Below are positions 1 to 13,379 of a stretch of DNA of 64,000 bases, piece after piece. The translations under genes and the position numbers were made by a program. Each line of letters opens with the position of its first letter. Position 1 is the stretch's first letter. Below the pieces are notes generated by a model that was not told the origin of the DNA, ran no database searches, and saw only the letters and a program-made list of their open reading frames with translations. This DNA comes from Marsupella aquatica (taxonomy: Eukaryota; Plantae; Marchantiophyta): assembly GCA_973895155.1 (NCBI GenBank), contig OZ316891.1, forward strand, positions 7,309,808 through 7,373,807. Direction: 5' to 3'.

Positions 1-1857
1 CCCATTCCAACAGAATTCAAGTGCTTACCCTGGCAGTGGGAGGACGACACCAATGCCACCAAGCTTCTTGGAGTTCCTTTGGCTCAACACATCTCGGAAT
101 CACAGATGGTCTCAACATTGTCTGAGAGGCTGGAGACTAGGTTAGATCACGTCCGTAGGAGCTCTGCTTCTCTGATCGCTCAGGTCACTATGGCCAATCA
201 CTTAGTCATGAGCACGCTTTGGTACACGCTCACCGTGTGGGCAGGCCAATTGAATACCTTGGACGATCTCCAGAAGAAGATTACTGCTTTCGTATGGGCT
301 GGACAGAACACGAAGGCCAGGGCAAGGGTGGACTTTGCTTCTATTACACGACGTAAGCGATTTGGCGGATTGGGCTTGATTTCGCTTGCAGCTCAATTCA
401 GGGCCCTCGCTGGAAAATTCATCATTTGGGCACTTGCTGAAGGGGATCATCCCTTGCGCCGCATCCTCCAATACGAAATGAAGCAGCTATCACAACAAAG
501 ATGGGGAACGGAGGACTTCACCTGGGTATTCTCACAATGTCACACTCTACCACTGTCCGGATCACGCGTATGGACCAACGTTTGCACCGCATGGAATGTC
601 CTTAAGAAAAATCTGAGACCTTCACAACCGGGCCACCTTGAGGGTTGGAGGGATCTCCCTCTGTGGAGGCCACATCTAAACCACGTCAACTCGTCGATGG
701 CGAAGTGCCGCACCAACCCTCAACGGAAAATCAAGCAAGCTGGCTTCCGCTCCATGAAAGACGTCCTGGATGGGGAAGGGAATTTTATTACCTGGGAGGA
801 TGGTCCTTGTGCGATTTTTTTCATGGAGGCAACTCTACCTGACGGGATTCTTTACATCTGGGAGTACCTCACACAGAGGAGGTACATCATGACCCAATGG
901 CAACAATTCCGGGATGCATCCGTCCCCAAGAGAACATTCAATGTATCGAACGGCTGCCTATCTAGAATTGATAATGCTCCTCCACCTACAGGGACTCTTT
1001 TACACAGGGTGATGGTTCGGCAGCAAAACACCAGCGTAACTCTCCTCCTGAGAATTGGGCGTCCCACCGGAACCCTCACACCATTGCTACAATACGAATG
1101 GAAAGACGGCAAATCCTTCTTGGACACGACCATTGCACAATTGAGGGAGATTCAAGGACGGCCAGCAGATTTTGCACACAAGGCTATCCGCAAATGGGCG
1201 AGCAGGTTGAATTGGAGCCCCAACCTCCCTCACCTTTGGGCTAACACCTGGCTTCCTTTCCGCTGTGCCAGCGAGAACTGTTATTTGTGGCAGCTCATAC
1301 ATAGAATACCCACCACACAACATTGGAGGTTCCCCACACTTCCTCCAACTGACCCTACCACCTGGTGTACCAGATGTGGGAGGAATCAGCAGGAGGACAT
1401 CGTTCATTGCATATGGAATTGCGAGTTGTCACAGGCAGTTTGGAGTTGGGTACAAAACATTCTACAACTCTGCGCTTTCTCCAGGAGTACTCCGGTCCAA
1501 CTGCAACCCATACACATTTTCGTGGGAGCAGGCGTACCGGATGAATGGGATATTCCCGCAAAGCTTTGGCACATCCTAAGGGCTATCACTTGCTGGCAAG
1601 TATGGAAAGAACGTTGTACCCACTACATAGAGCATACACACCCCAACACGTACACTGTCATTAGGAAGACCTGGCATCGTCTCGGTATCTACATCAGGCG
1701 TGACTGGGCACGACATCGAGCCAGGATCCGGGTTGGGAAATCCACTTTTGTTGAGGCACATCACCAGATGTGCCAGGATTTTGGTACCTGGGATGGACTA
1801 TGGAAGATCCATGAAAACATTCTCCAAGTCCCACCAGTTCCCCCGTGCCCTCCGTGA
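1..1857 (+). CDS. LINE ORF2 C-terminal part (partial, 5' end outside window)
   Basis: ORF track 79..1857, extendable in frame to base 1; motifs as for the element above. Confidence 0.85.
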   Translation, partial: PIPTEFKCLPWQWEDDTNATKLLGVPLAQHISESQMVSTLSERLETRLDHVRRSSASLIAQVTMANHLVMSTLWYTLTVWAGQLNTLDDLQKKITAFVWAGQNTKARARVDFASITRRKRFGGLGLISLAAQFRALAGKFIIWALAEGDHPLRRILQYEMKQLSQQRWGTEDFTWVFSQCHTLPLSGSRVWTNVCTAWNVLKKNLRPSQPGHLEGWRDLPLWRPHLNHVNSSMAKCRTNPQRKIKQAGFRSMKDVLDGEGNFITWEDGPCAIFFMEATLPDGILYIWEYLTQRRYIMTQWQQFRDASVPKRTFNVSNGCLSRIDNAPPPTGTLLHRVMVRQQNTSVTLLLRIGRPTGTLTPLLQYEWKDGKSFLDTTIAQLREIQGRPADFAHKAIRKWASRLNWSPNLPHLWANTWLPFRCASENCYLWQLIHRIPTTQHWRFPTLPPTDPTTWCTRCGRNQQEDIVHCIWNCELSQAVWSWVQNILQLCAFSRSTPVQLQPIHIFVGAGVPDEWDIPAKLWHILRAITCWQVWKERCTHYIEHTHPNTYTVIRKTWHRLGIYIRRDWARHRARIRVGKSTFVEAHHQMCQDFGTWDGLWKIHENILQVPPVPPCPP

Positions 1858-2183
1858 TTTCCGTGAGCCTTGCTGGGTTAGGGGCTGTATTGCAGGTAGA
1901 CTGGTAGGATTATCTCTATCTTGGATCCACTGCAGGGGACCTCGCCGGTCCCTGGGCACTGGCCAGTCTTCGGAGTTTTGCTCCTCCTTCTGTAGTTTTC
2001 TAAACTTCTGGTTTGGTTACTGTCTCGTCTTGAGGCTCTGCTCCTTCTCCGGTTCTGGCCTTTTTTGGCCTCGGCTCTCTCGACCTTTGGTCCCTTGGGG
2101 TTGGTCCCGCTTTTGGGCCCCCCGTGTTGTATGTTGACTTTTTGGAATGGAATTCAATTAGTTTTTTCGAGGCAAAAAAGAAA
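1..2183 (+). mobile_element. L1-clade LINE, 3' portion (end of RT, C-terminal CCHC zinc finger, T-rich 3' UTR, short A-tail); continues upstream of the window
   Basis: Frame is open from base 1 (PIPTEFKCLPWQWEDDTNATKLLGVPL; KLLG resembles the last RT motif) to the stop at 1857. It contains GGLGL and the zf-RVT-type CTRCGRNQQEDIVHCIWNC and the W-x-V-W-x-x-R motif. A pyrimidine-rich UTR follows, ending in AAAAAAGAAA at ~2174-2183. Confidence 0.9.
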
Positions 2184-3229
2184 GTCCTTGCTGTTCCTCA
2201 AGCGAAGAATTACTAGGAAGTAGGGAATGATCCGTGTTATCATTCCAGCTTACATCTGGCCACCATCGGGTTTGGTATCGTGGTTCATACTAAGCCACTA
2301 CGTAGGTTAGGCAGCACACATGGTCTGGTTAGGGGACTACATGTGTTAGTGACATGATTGACTAGCGTAGGTTGGGCAGCGTAGGTGTGGATGCCCTGGG
2401 CACACAAGTAATCAGCTCTAGGAATGTAGCTGCCAACGGCCAACCTCACTTCTCCTTTACCCATTGGATTGCCACTGCGGAGGACCTACCAAAAAGCCCA
2501 TTTAGGTGGCTGCCAAGTGAACAGTACATCTGAAGTGTTAGATTGGGCCTTGACATCCGTACAACTGTCAACAAAGGCTCAAAAGAAAAACAAACCCAAC
2601 GAGGACTCTTATTATTTTTATTTCTAGATGAACACTGCTCCCATCGCAAAAACTAGGGAGGGGTGAATAGAACAAAACCATGAATTTGCTTTATCCTTTT
2701 GCTTTTGGAGGTCTTTGGGTTTTACACCTTATCTTTGACTGTGTCTGTCAATCATGTCTTCTTTTGCGTAGGTCCTTTATGTAGGGGGATTGCCTTATCC
2801 TTAGGTTTGTATCGTCACTGCCACTTTTAGACAACAAAAATGTGTGGCACTACAAAGTGTTCGAGCAGCCCATATTGCGCAAAGTGCCAAGGTTGTTGGT
2901 TTCTCCTATGTGGTTTACTCATGAATTTTACCAAACAATTTCAATTTACTGCCGAGGGGAGTTGAATTCCTTTGCTTACGAGAGGGACTCTTGGGCTTTT
3001 TGGCCTTCATGTACTCCCCTTAATAGCTTCTAAGATATTCCTATTCTATACAAGTCATGTTATCATAGATTAGTTAAATCTATTTGTAAAACAAAAATTG
3101 AGATAAAGTAATGCACTTAGTCTATTGTAAGGTTATTATGAACAACATGCCCAGGACTAGGAGATGCGGGCCATGTGACTGTTATAAATTAATGAAACAA
3201 TTACTAATATCAGTAAGCCCTACGCAGAG

Positions 3230-3300
3230 TTATTGTGTAGCACAGTGGTGCAGGCCTTCAGTTTGAACTGTTAGGTTGGGGATTCGAGCTTTGCCCTAAG
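3230..3300 (+). other. Possible decayed tRNA-derived SINE head
   Basis: A-box-like TAGCACAGTGG (~3238) and B-box-like GGATTCGAGC (~3279) at tRNA-like spacing; no complete cloverleaf. Confidence 0.3.
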
Positions 3301-6300
3301 CTCTTACTTTCATAAAGATGATGGAGCTTGAAAAGGGACACGACTAGAATGTAGTGATTTAAAGTGAGAAAAGAATTATGGAAGGGCTGGCGGAGAGAAA
3401 ACTGAAGAAAAACATAAAAAGGGGGGGGGGGGGGAGGTCAGTTATATTTAAAATAGACTAAATAACAATACGGTTTCAGCCTTTCAGGGGACTCAAATAA
3501 ATCTTTATGGGTGAAATAAATAAAGACAGCCCTCATAGGCTGGAATGGAATGGAAAATATTAACCAAAGAAAATTGGGTTCGGGAGACTGACACAAAGAT
3601 GTGCCAAAAGATGTCTGGGACTTTGCAGCTCCTTTGGAGCTTTTTGTCCTTTGACACCATAATATATTTTTGGGTTATCATTGGCCAGGTCATGTTTTGG
3701 TGCATCCCCAATATATATTGATGGGTTATGGTTGGCCACCGCATAGTGCATGGGTCCCAGATAGCCACCTAATTATAGTCTCTTGACAAAAAGTCAAAAG
3801 TAATGGAATCTGTGCGTCAAAGTTCTACTTAAGTGCCGAATCTTATCACACGTACTAAGATTCCCCATTGGCCTCCCTTTCCTCCACGTAGCACACACCT
3901 TTAATTACATAGCCAAACCTTACATGGTCAACTTATTTTATTTAATGTTTTCAAAAAGGAAAACATTTATTTTAAGGAAAAGGTTACGCGGACCCGACTC
4001 ATTTCTATTCTATTCCATTCCATTTTATGGATAAGATACCTTATGGGTTGTGACGGTTGTGGATAACTTGAACACAGGTGGTTAACTTTTGACTTCATGT
4101 TAAAGCCTTATCTTTGTGTCAACTTGAATGTGTCGTTTGCCTGATGGATCGTGCCTCCCTGTTGAACGAACCAAGTATTTTTGGTAGTTTGAAAAATACT
4201 AGGATAGTAGAACTATCAAAAGTCAAACACTAGGCTCCAGAAACGAGCTTAAATGCTTGGTTGTGACATTAAACAGCTCTCTAACCAAGTTCCCCCCCCC
4301 CCCCCCCCCAATTCTTGGCACATGCACTCAGTTATAGGGGAAATATGGCATAGACTCACATAATACCAGAAAATGCAATATCAGAAAACATTGCAGCACA
4401 ATTAATTACATAGTATTGTAGGCTGGATGGAAAGTGAAGCCCGGATGGAGCACCATGTCGGACACAGTGCTCCACTGGATCGCATTTGGGTGGTCCATGG
4501 ACATTTTGGGCATATAAATTAATGATTATGAGTTTTAAATTATTTTTTAGTTTTTCACCTTCAAGGCAACTAGAGAAGGAGGAGACATAAAAAAAATGCA
4601 AGCCCCAATTTCTTACTAAGAGAATGAAAATTAAGAACTTACACATTGATGGAAGTGTAGCTTATCTACTCCTCTAGTAAATCCTTAAAACTACAATTTA
4701 TTTGAATTTATGAACGTCAAGTTATTACAATTAAACTTTAAATTTTGGGAAATGTGGTCCATAGGGTATCAAAAGACCAGCTTGCAATCCATGAGAGCAT
4801 CATTTTCAGTCTGGATGACTTAGAGAAAGGGGGAAAATGTGCGATAAAGCAAAAGTGAAACCATTGGGTATTAATCTAGACTGAATAAGATGGTATAAAC
4901 ACAAATGAATAACATTATTGACGATAACATTGAAAATACATGGTTGATTCTGGGACAATGCTAAAGGTCCCCATATGTGCTAGAGCTCCTCTTTTCACCT
5001 TCTCACTCCTTAGCAACTAAAGAGTGTTCAAACTTTGAAATGTGAGTACAAGTTTATGTTCCCCTTGGATATACTCTTTCCCAAGGTCTATGGGAATACT
5101 AGAGGAATAACTGAACAGAAACCATTTGGGGTCACTATACATTTGTGTCTGGTATTTTTATTTTTAAAAGTTTTCACCAAAAAAAAACCCAAAGGGAAAG
5201 GTGAGCCTGAACAACAAGCAAGGGGGGAAAAACCACCCAAGAAACCGGGAAAACCCGAAGAAAACCACGGATCACCCCCGAAGAAAACCATCTGAGGGCG
5301 GCAGCATTCAGCAACCAGTAGCTAGTATAAACAAGTTTTTGAAGAACCCCAAAGCAAAAATGTTGTTCATTATATATATACATGCTTGTTAATAAAAATC
5401 CTTCAAGCATGCATATTCAGAAACCCGCTTCCTTTGAGTCCAACTTCATTAAATTAGATCAAGAAGTAAGTGAGAAATGAATAACACTCTTTTATGGGTG
5501 ACCATACAATAACTCTAGATCTCCATTTCTAATAACTCCCTACATAGATGGGCAACCAGAGTAGGTAACACTCAGTGAGTTCAAAGGCCCTAGGAAGCAC
5601 AATCATTTGGTTTTTTTGTATTCTAGTGGATATATGAATTAGAAATGGTTGAAAAACATAGTTGGTGACACTAAGATGGAATCTGGGGTATTGGAGGTAC
5701 AAGTGACATGGGCAAGGCCTGGCTCAGAACGGGCAAAAATTTGTCAATAGGACTTAATGCCCCTAGTGAGTTTTCCCTTTTAATTAGTTTTGGGTCTCTC
5801 TAGGTATGGAGAAGATACACAGTGACCCACATTTGGGCTGGGCAACTATGAAGCCTGCTCTACTTTTACTAAAATAAAGAATCTTTTAGGCTCCTTAAGT
5901 GTAAGAATGCTCTGTTATGAGGGCATCAAAACTCGAGCTAAAGCCCTCATATTTTAGGATGTATGTGTTATGACCCAATGCCCTGTTACCAGAACATTAC
6001 TATGGCCAAAGAACACTCTTACAAAGGAACTCCAAATGATGCCAAAGAGACACTAGCCACTTTGCCTGCTCCCCTTGACAAACTAACAAAAAGGAGGGTG
6101 AACCAAGTGATTACCACAGCGGCACCATGCTGTCACCAACTTACTCTTACAGGCCACCGTTTGATGACCACCTTTACTGTTTTTCTTCTTTAGTTTGCAC
6201 TCATTTTTGCCTTTTGTTGTTGTCTAATTTTCTGTGTGGTTTTTTCTTGGACTTGAGAGTAATTGAAGGACAGTGAGGGACGGGAACTGCAAAAGGCCAA

Positions 6301-6399
6301 AGACAAGGATGGCCAGAAGGTACTTCCTGATTCAGGCCTAGGCTGGAAAATTCATTTATTATAAACCCTTGGTCCCACCCTCAGATGCTCATTGCATGT

Positions 6400-7971
6400 C
6401 CATTTTGACTTAGGTGACCTTCAATTTTTCCAAGTGTCAAGTCTTTTGTGATCAAAGGGCTTTGGTGAACCCCACTTTGGGATGGGGGTTTGTGCAAAAG
6501 CTGGTCTACTTTGGGAGCCTACCTCAGAACTTCACCTGCCCCAATGCAAACTGTTACCATTGGGCTACACTGTTGGGGCTACTCATATAGAGCACACTTT
6601 GTACTTACTTGGAGGGGTAGCATTTTGAAATGTGAATACATACACGCTCTTGTCTTCTTCACCATTTGTGTATGTACTCTAATTCACCATGACATGTAAC
6701 ACTAAATGGCAGGACCCAATGAGTGTTTCCTTGGCTGTCACCACTCCACCATGCATTCCTTGTTAGTTGGGCGCAAGTGGTCACTGCCCTTGCCTCTCGC
6801 TTCGTGGTGGATCTCCAGCCCATCCTCTTTGACCACATCATGGGCGTGGAGGATGGGGTTTCTCTACTTGCAGGTTTGCCTGGGGCCGTTCAAACTGTTG
6901 CCTGTCCGGGGCCGTTCAGGCAGCCATGCCAGCTCTTGTGGAAGTGATCTTAGAGATTCCAGATCATGTTTATCAGGTGATTTCTGATTGCATGCACTGA
7001 CACCCCCTTTCTAGCTTGCCCTCTGATGCAACTTTTGACTTGGTTCTGGGTCATCTACTTTCTTGTGCAAGAGCTGTGTTTGGAGCTTGGTTTTTTAACG
7101 AGTCCTTGGTGGGACCCTTCCATTTGAGCTCCTTCTTTTTACCACGTCTTTGTGCTTTTGTTTGGGACTCCCTCACCCTTGCCTCTTGTGCCAATGCATT
7201 TGTGGCTGTGGGGCATCTCTGGATCTAATAGTTCATATTCTCAGTTGTGGCCATTGGAGGGAGCTACAACTCACCACATCATTTGGGATGTGGTGGCGGC
7301 CATTGCCAGTGACTTGAGGTACCATGTTGCTATGGAGTAATGCCATGTGCTTCCCCCTCGGGGTGGTGTTCTGGATCGGAGACGGGCTAATCTGGTCTTT
7401 TCCCAGGCAGGAGTTTGTGCCCTTGGCAATGTGGTGGTTCTTGATCCAACTCGAGGGAGCCACGTTGCAATCGTCACTGGCCATACTGCAGTCAAGGCAT
7501 CCCGGCTCAAGCAAGAGGCCTAAGCAGCCTGTTTCCCTGGGGATATTTTCTACCATTTTGCTCTTGAGATCTTTGTCTGGGGCTCTCCACCCTAGCTTTT
7601 ACCTATTTCTGCCGGCTTGTGTGGTTTTTTTGTTTAGAAGGGAGGCCTATTTCCAGATTTAGGTCCTGACTGCCTTTTTTAGGGAGAGGGTATTAATTTC
7701 ATTTCAGCGTGCCAGACTTTCACCATTCTTCATAGGGCCAAGGCTGTTGGTTTTGGTGCTGCTAGACAAATACCTCAGCACGGCCCTGGTCTGCAATTTA
7801 CTCTGAAGTGTTATTAGGCTTTTCAGTTTTCTTAGTCTCTGGTCACTTGTAGGCTTTGTGCCCTCTGCCGTTTGTTTGGGGCTCACGGAGCTGTGGGGTC
7901 TCTTTGACCCGGTTGAGGTCTTCCACCTTTGGGATCCTGTTTGCCCGTTTGATGTTTTTATTCTTTGGTGT

Positions 7972-7974
<3 letters not shown>
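6400..7974 (+). mobile_element. Highly decayed CRE-clade non-LTR retrotransposon, 3' part (post-RT region, CCHC finger, RLE endonuclease)
   Basis: Across frameshifts it reads AFLVSWAQVVTALASRF...MGVEDG; LGLPHP..C.CG..LD..H.LSC; THHIIWDVVAAIASD; RRANLVF...LGNVVVLDPT...ASRLKQ...GDIFYHFALEIF. These blocks are collinear with the 34621-36585 copy. The left boundary is approximate. Confidence 0.75.

Positions 7975-8030
<56 letters not shown>
7975..8030. repeat. (AT)28 microsatellite
   Basis: Perfect AT dinucleotide run read directly. Confidence 0.98.
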
Positions 8031-8032
<2 letters not shown>

Positions 8033-10969
8033 CCATGGGCAACAATGAATGAGGTTCCATGGAGGGCTCTTCCAGAATCACCATGTGATCACCAACTTAT
8101 TCTTACTTGGTACTGTAGTCATTACTTTTTTGGGGTCCTCCCTAAAAGACGCTATCAGGACAACTACCTTTATTACTGTGGTCCACCTTTTGTTGGCATT
8201 TTGTTCCGCCTTTTGTTGTCGCATAACGTTTTGTACTTTTGTGTGGTCTTTACCGGCTTTTGAGAACCTTTGAAAGACAGCCCGAAACCGGGACTCCAAA
8301 ACGCCAAAGGACGAAGATGGCCAGAAGCTCGTCGCTGGCCACGCTCGCCCCTCTCAGAGCCGCCAGGGAGCCAGCGCCCAATGCGCCCCATTTGTCTCTG
8401 GCTCCCGGCCCCGGCCATCCGGTGTCACACCTAGTACCGGTCCAGGGTAAACTGCTACAGACACTTGTTCAAATCTCGCCATTCTCTCGATCGAGGTCAT
8501 TGACAAAAAACCCCGAGCTATGTGGCCAAAAGCTCGTTTCCTGCGCTGGGCTAAAGGTGAGGTGAGGTGAGGAGAGCATAGCTACGCCGGTTATGCACGG
8601 TGGTGAAACGAACACGACGGGAACGACGAAGAGATGCGTGTCATTTTGTCACTCTCGACCCCACACCAGACCGCACTTTTCCACGTGTAAAGCGTCGTCC
8701 GGAGGAGCGAGAGTGTGTGGGCCAGCAGTGCTCGGACAAAGTTCACTGACTTCACTGTACAAGTGTACAGGATAATGCGATGGAGCGATCAGCGATGGGA
8801 GCATGGGTCTATCATCAGTCTATGGGACAAGGTGACCAGCAGCTGCTGCTGCTGCGTAATAAGGTTGACTAATTGAGTTGTCGTTATGTGTCGTAAAATT
8901 CGCCTAATCATGCAGCGCCACAAGACGCGAGACAAGGAAGTTCCGATACCACACTGACGGCGAGGCACACGCGCTCGCGCTCAAAAATTAAGGGTAAGGA
9001 AATTAATTTGCAGGACACAGCGACTGGACTCGTTTTTCATGACGAACAGTGTTAATGACTTGCAGGACACAGTTTCCTATTGGCACACGGTACTTCGGCA
9101 GCTTCTTTCCAGGTGTAGATCGGTTAGTATGCCGATCGATGAATGTTTAACAATCGACCGTCAACTGATTCCTCAACGAGTTTCAATTTATTTCTCGCTG
9201 GATTGACGTTTCATTTTGTACGCGATCTTCGCTACATGCGGATTGAAAGGGGGCCAGAGAGCCGTCTTTCCCGTCAGCATTGCAAAGTTAATTAATGTTT
9301 CTGATCACCTGACCACAGTCATGACCAGATGACCTGGATTGAACCTGCCGTCTTTCCTGCTGTGATGGGCGAATAAACACACCGACTTATCTTGTCGGTC
9401 TCCGTAATAAAGGAGCCCAGAAACACGGAAGGACGTCAGATTCTTCCTGCGACGAGATTCGCCTAGAAAGAAATTAACTCAAATAGTCGTTCAAATGAAT
9501 TGCCACCTGTAGATATATAACTGCTGAGGAAACCTTAGGAAAACACTGTGCTCATCAAACTGAAATCAGTAGCAAAGATGTCGTGACAGAGCACGAACAG
9601 GACGACACCAATGGAGGAGAAACAAGGGCCCTACAATAGATGGGGAACTCAGACATGAGTCTATAACGGCCCATCTTTTGTGGATCAGGCCGTGACTCCA
9701 ATTGGCTCAACGTCTTTTCCTTTGAAGATCCTTGCTTTAAAAAACTTTTTGTGCTACTAAAGAAATTCCTTTCTTAGTACACAGGTGGCTGGGTCTCTCG
9801 TTGAATACGAAGACGCTTTCCCTTCAAGAGGGCAGACCGGGATCAAAGCTGGACTTGTCCACAAGCTTTGCGCTGAATGGTGAAGTTTCTTTTGAGCTGT
9901 CTTTCCTCCTGTACAGTTAAAGGACACCTGAGGAATATATGTGTAGCATCTACTACTGTTTAACTAGGATCTTCATCCCCGTCGCATTTCTAGAGTTTTT
10001 TAATCCTGTTGACTTGGGGTGGACTAAATTTCCGCTTCCAGCAGCACTGCTGAATCACTGTAATTTCAATATAAACCATTTAGGGGTACTGAACTTTATG
10101 CAGGCGTGCCGTAGTCAAGAGACGTGAACCATCCTTCCATTCAAAGTCTTTCACTGCTGATCGTTGTCTCCGTGTGCACCTCGATATTTGGATCGCATTG
10201 TTGTGTCCCTGTGTATCGTTTATTTCGAACGGGCACTGTAGGGACTGTCATCGCCTTTTCAGCGCTGGGACAATTGAATGTGGTCCGACTTTCTTCGTGG
10301 AGGAATGACATCACATCCAGCATCGAACATTGAACGTTGAGCTTGAAGACATTGAGCGGTACAGTTTCTCTTTTCTCTCAAAGATTCCTCCCCGGCAGAA
10401 CTCCTAATTGAATCAACAAAAGCTTCGAAACTTCTAATCCACATGGAGAGAAACTGTGCTGTGTCGCCAGAATCGATTCTGGACCACATTTCGTTCACGA
10501 GTCGGAGCACAATTCTACAGTGCCATTGTGTCATCCAGGCTTAGGGAACTTTAAGCTGAGATGGACTTTGGAGGCTGTTTCTAACAACTCGTATGGACTG
10601 AGTAACGTGACAATAGACCCTTACACCCGAGAGAAGCAGCAATAGGCTCAACTTTGGGATGATTACAGTTGAATAACCCTCCATTTGCTTAGGTTCACTT
10701 TCAGTTGTGTACAGGTTTAGTGATGCCGTTTTTGCCCAGGGACTGCGCTGAAGCACTCCTGCGCTATAACCTCAACAAGCCAGACGTTGCCCAAGAGTGG
10801 CCTCGCTGCCAAAGAGTGCAAGGGAGGTCCTGACTGGCGATGGATGGATCGTAAGAATTCTGAATTCTTTGCATTGTGCGTAATCGTCAGGTGTTGAATG
10901 ACCCACGTGCATTCGTCCAATAAAATTCAGAATCAGCTTCATCCAGCAGAATTATTGCAGCAGAGACGG

Positions 10970-11185
10970 ATCGGATTGATCCAACTTTAGTTAGTGCTAC
11001 CGGTAGAGCTGCAATTAATTATAGCAGCAGAATCTTAATCGCATTGATCCAACTTTAGATTAGTCCTAGTGCTGCAATTCTTTGAGAATCGTTGGCTTCA
11101 TCTAACATGATTCATCCAGCTTTAATGAGCACCACAATTCGATCAAATGGATCCAGCTTAGTCTCGCTTTAGTGCTGCGATTCTG
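10970..11185. repeat. Degenerate short tandem repeats (core ATCCAACTTTAG...TAGTGCTGCAATT)
   Basis: About four diverged copies near 10975, 11043, 11110 and 11149. Confidence 0.5.
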
Positions 11186-11528
11186 TGCCTTTAGAGAAAC
11201 GCACGCGCTTTGATGAGAATGAAACAATGCGTAATCTATGGTGGAGAGACTGCGAAATTGCATGCTCGAGAATTGTGTCGAAGCGAATCCAAGTATGCAT
11301 CGACAAGTACAATTAGTTCAGAAGAATTCGAACGCAGCATTATTAGTCTCCATTTGGTGCAGCGATTCTGTGAGATTCCAGAGTCGCACAGGGGTCTAGA
11401 AAAATCTTACTAATAAATCTTGAACATAGACCATAAATCGACTCATAAGGACAAAACTGATGTACAATGAGGGTGAACGGGATGGGGCAATAAATGGTGA
11501 ACATAGACCATAAATCCAAAGAACTTTT

Positions 11529-12115
11529 TACTAACCTATCTCCCAAACTGACCTTAATTATCAGCATGTCCTCAAGACTATTTTAATTACTAAGTGGACC
11601 CCCTTGTATAATATGGGTTGCTCCAACTCTTGTACTTAACCTGAGTTTGTTCCGTGTTGGTCGTCTGCTGTGTGACAAGGCGCTATTCACCACACGGAAG
11701 CCGGCCGGTTTCACCTAACCCAGGCTGACTCACTCCCATTATGACAATTTAGTGAGTACCTGGCCGGCAAAGGGAAGGAAGGGGTGGCCCTGTTGTCAGG
11801 CCTACCTTAGCGGGTAAGTGGGGTGGGAGGAGCTGGGGTCAGGGCTGCCTTAGCGCAACTCGAGGGAGCCAGCCCAGTACTCCCTAATCGTAAAATTGGG
11901 AATGAATCAGCCCAGATTAGGGTAGAACCAGCCAGCATTCCATGTGGCATATAGCACCTTGCCATGTGGCAGGTGACCCATGCAGGACGACCTTGGGTTA
12001 AATAGAGGATAGAGGAGTTAGAGTAACCAATATTCAAAAGGGGGTCGACTTAGGATTAATATAGTTTGGGCCAGGTTGATAATTTATTATGGTCAATTTG
12101 GGGGATAGGTTAGTA
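11529..12115. mobile_element. Old foldback/Mutator-like MITE with long (~120 bp) diverged terminal inverted repeats
   Basis: The left arm TACTAACCTATCTCCCAAACTGACC...CTAAGTGGACCCCCTT...GGTTGCTCCAACTC matches the reverse complement of the right arm (TACTAACCTATCCCCCAAATTGACC...CTAAGTCGACCCCCTT...GGTTACTCTAACTC). No TSD is recognisable. Confidence 0.7.
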
Positions 12116-12221
12116 GGTAAGCCCACAAGAAATGGTGTGGTAACCCCACATAAAGATGCATGGAAGTGAAAAACTCCTTCAATGAAGACACTTATGCAAG
12201 ATGGCTGGATTGGCCTAAAAC

Positions 12222-12813
12222 CAACCCCTGCATCCCTCCCTCTTGAAGAAAATATGGGCTTTGTCTAACAAGGTCTCGTGTGGATACTAGACAGCATGAA
12301 AGCTTTGAAAGATTCAACTGTCAGCTCACTTTGGAATGAAAGCCAATTCATGATCAACTTTGCTATGGACTATGATGGAAAAACTCTCTTGTCAAAATCC
12401 TCCAATGTAGCTTTTCAAGATATGGATATGGAATGTCTGAAGCTCATATCCCGTTTTCCTGTCTTTTGGAAAAAGTTTCTCTTGAAAGATTGATGAAGGA
12501 ATTATGTCAATCAACCCCTGCCCCCCTCCCTCCTGAAGAAAGAATCCGGGCTCAGTCTACTACAGGTGCCTTTGTTTGGATGTTAGATAGCTTGCAAGCT
12601 TTGAAAGATTTCAATTGTCAGCTCACTTTGGAATTAAAGCCAATTCATGATGAACTTTGCTGCAGAACATGACGGAGAAACAATCTCTTTTTCTTGTCAA
12701 AATCTTCTGACTTGGCTTTTCAAGATACGGATTTGGAATGTCTCAATCTCTTATCCCGTTTTCATGGCTTTCTGAAAAGCTACTCCTTGGAAGATTGATG
12801 AATGAATTATGCC
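12222..12813. repeat. Diverged tandem duplication, two copies of ~290 bp
   Basis: CAACCCCTGC...AGCTTTGAAAGATT...GCCAATTCATGAT...AAGATTGATGAA starts at ~12222 and again at ~12512. Confidence 0.85.
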
Positions 12814-13250
12814 AGTTATATTACTTTTACCTGTAGAAGTTTGGAACTCTTATTTACTTTGCTGTTATTGGGGAGTCAAGCATTTAGGCTCTTTGGTCTT
12901 TATGGGGGTTTCCTATGGAGTCTCCTCACTATAGGTTCTCTTGCTTTTGGGATGAGGTCTCTCGTTTGGTGCTTTTTGTTCTTGACAATGATGATATATA
13001 TATTCCCAAATCTTATAATTTGATGATGTGGTTGCAATGAAAACAACAAAGCCTAGTACTGATGTCCCTGTGAAAAGGTATCTGTTGGACGATTGATCAT
13101 GATGTGTGCCAATTATGTTACTTTTCCCGTTACTACTTTTCGAGTTTGAAGATGTGGTTGCAATGAAAACATCAACACCTACAACTAAGAAAACACAGGC
13201 TACTGCTAAAACGAGGGTTGTATCATTACATTTGTTAGGGAGCCGGCATT

Positions 13251-13355
13251 ACAGCCAATACAAAACCTTATTTACTAATAAGCCAATACAAAACCTTAGT
13301 TCCTAATAAGCCAATACAAAACCTTAGTTCCTCATAAGCCAATCCAATCCTTAGT
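13251..13355. repeat. Minisatellite, ~29-bp unit (AGCCAATACAAAACCTTA...), about four copies
   Basis: Read directly. Confidence 0.8.
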
Positions 13356-13379
13356 CACTAAGGATACTAATGGTGAAAC

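Noticed and set aside
5170-5570. Possible minus-strand LINE 3' remnant
   Set aside because: The resemblance is only compositional, with no clear protein motif.
8300-10920. Unique-looking, CpG-retaining region as a possible gene
   Set aside because: No ORF or motif was recognisable; it may be regulatory or UTR sequence but cannot be supported.
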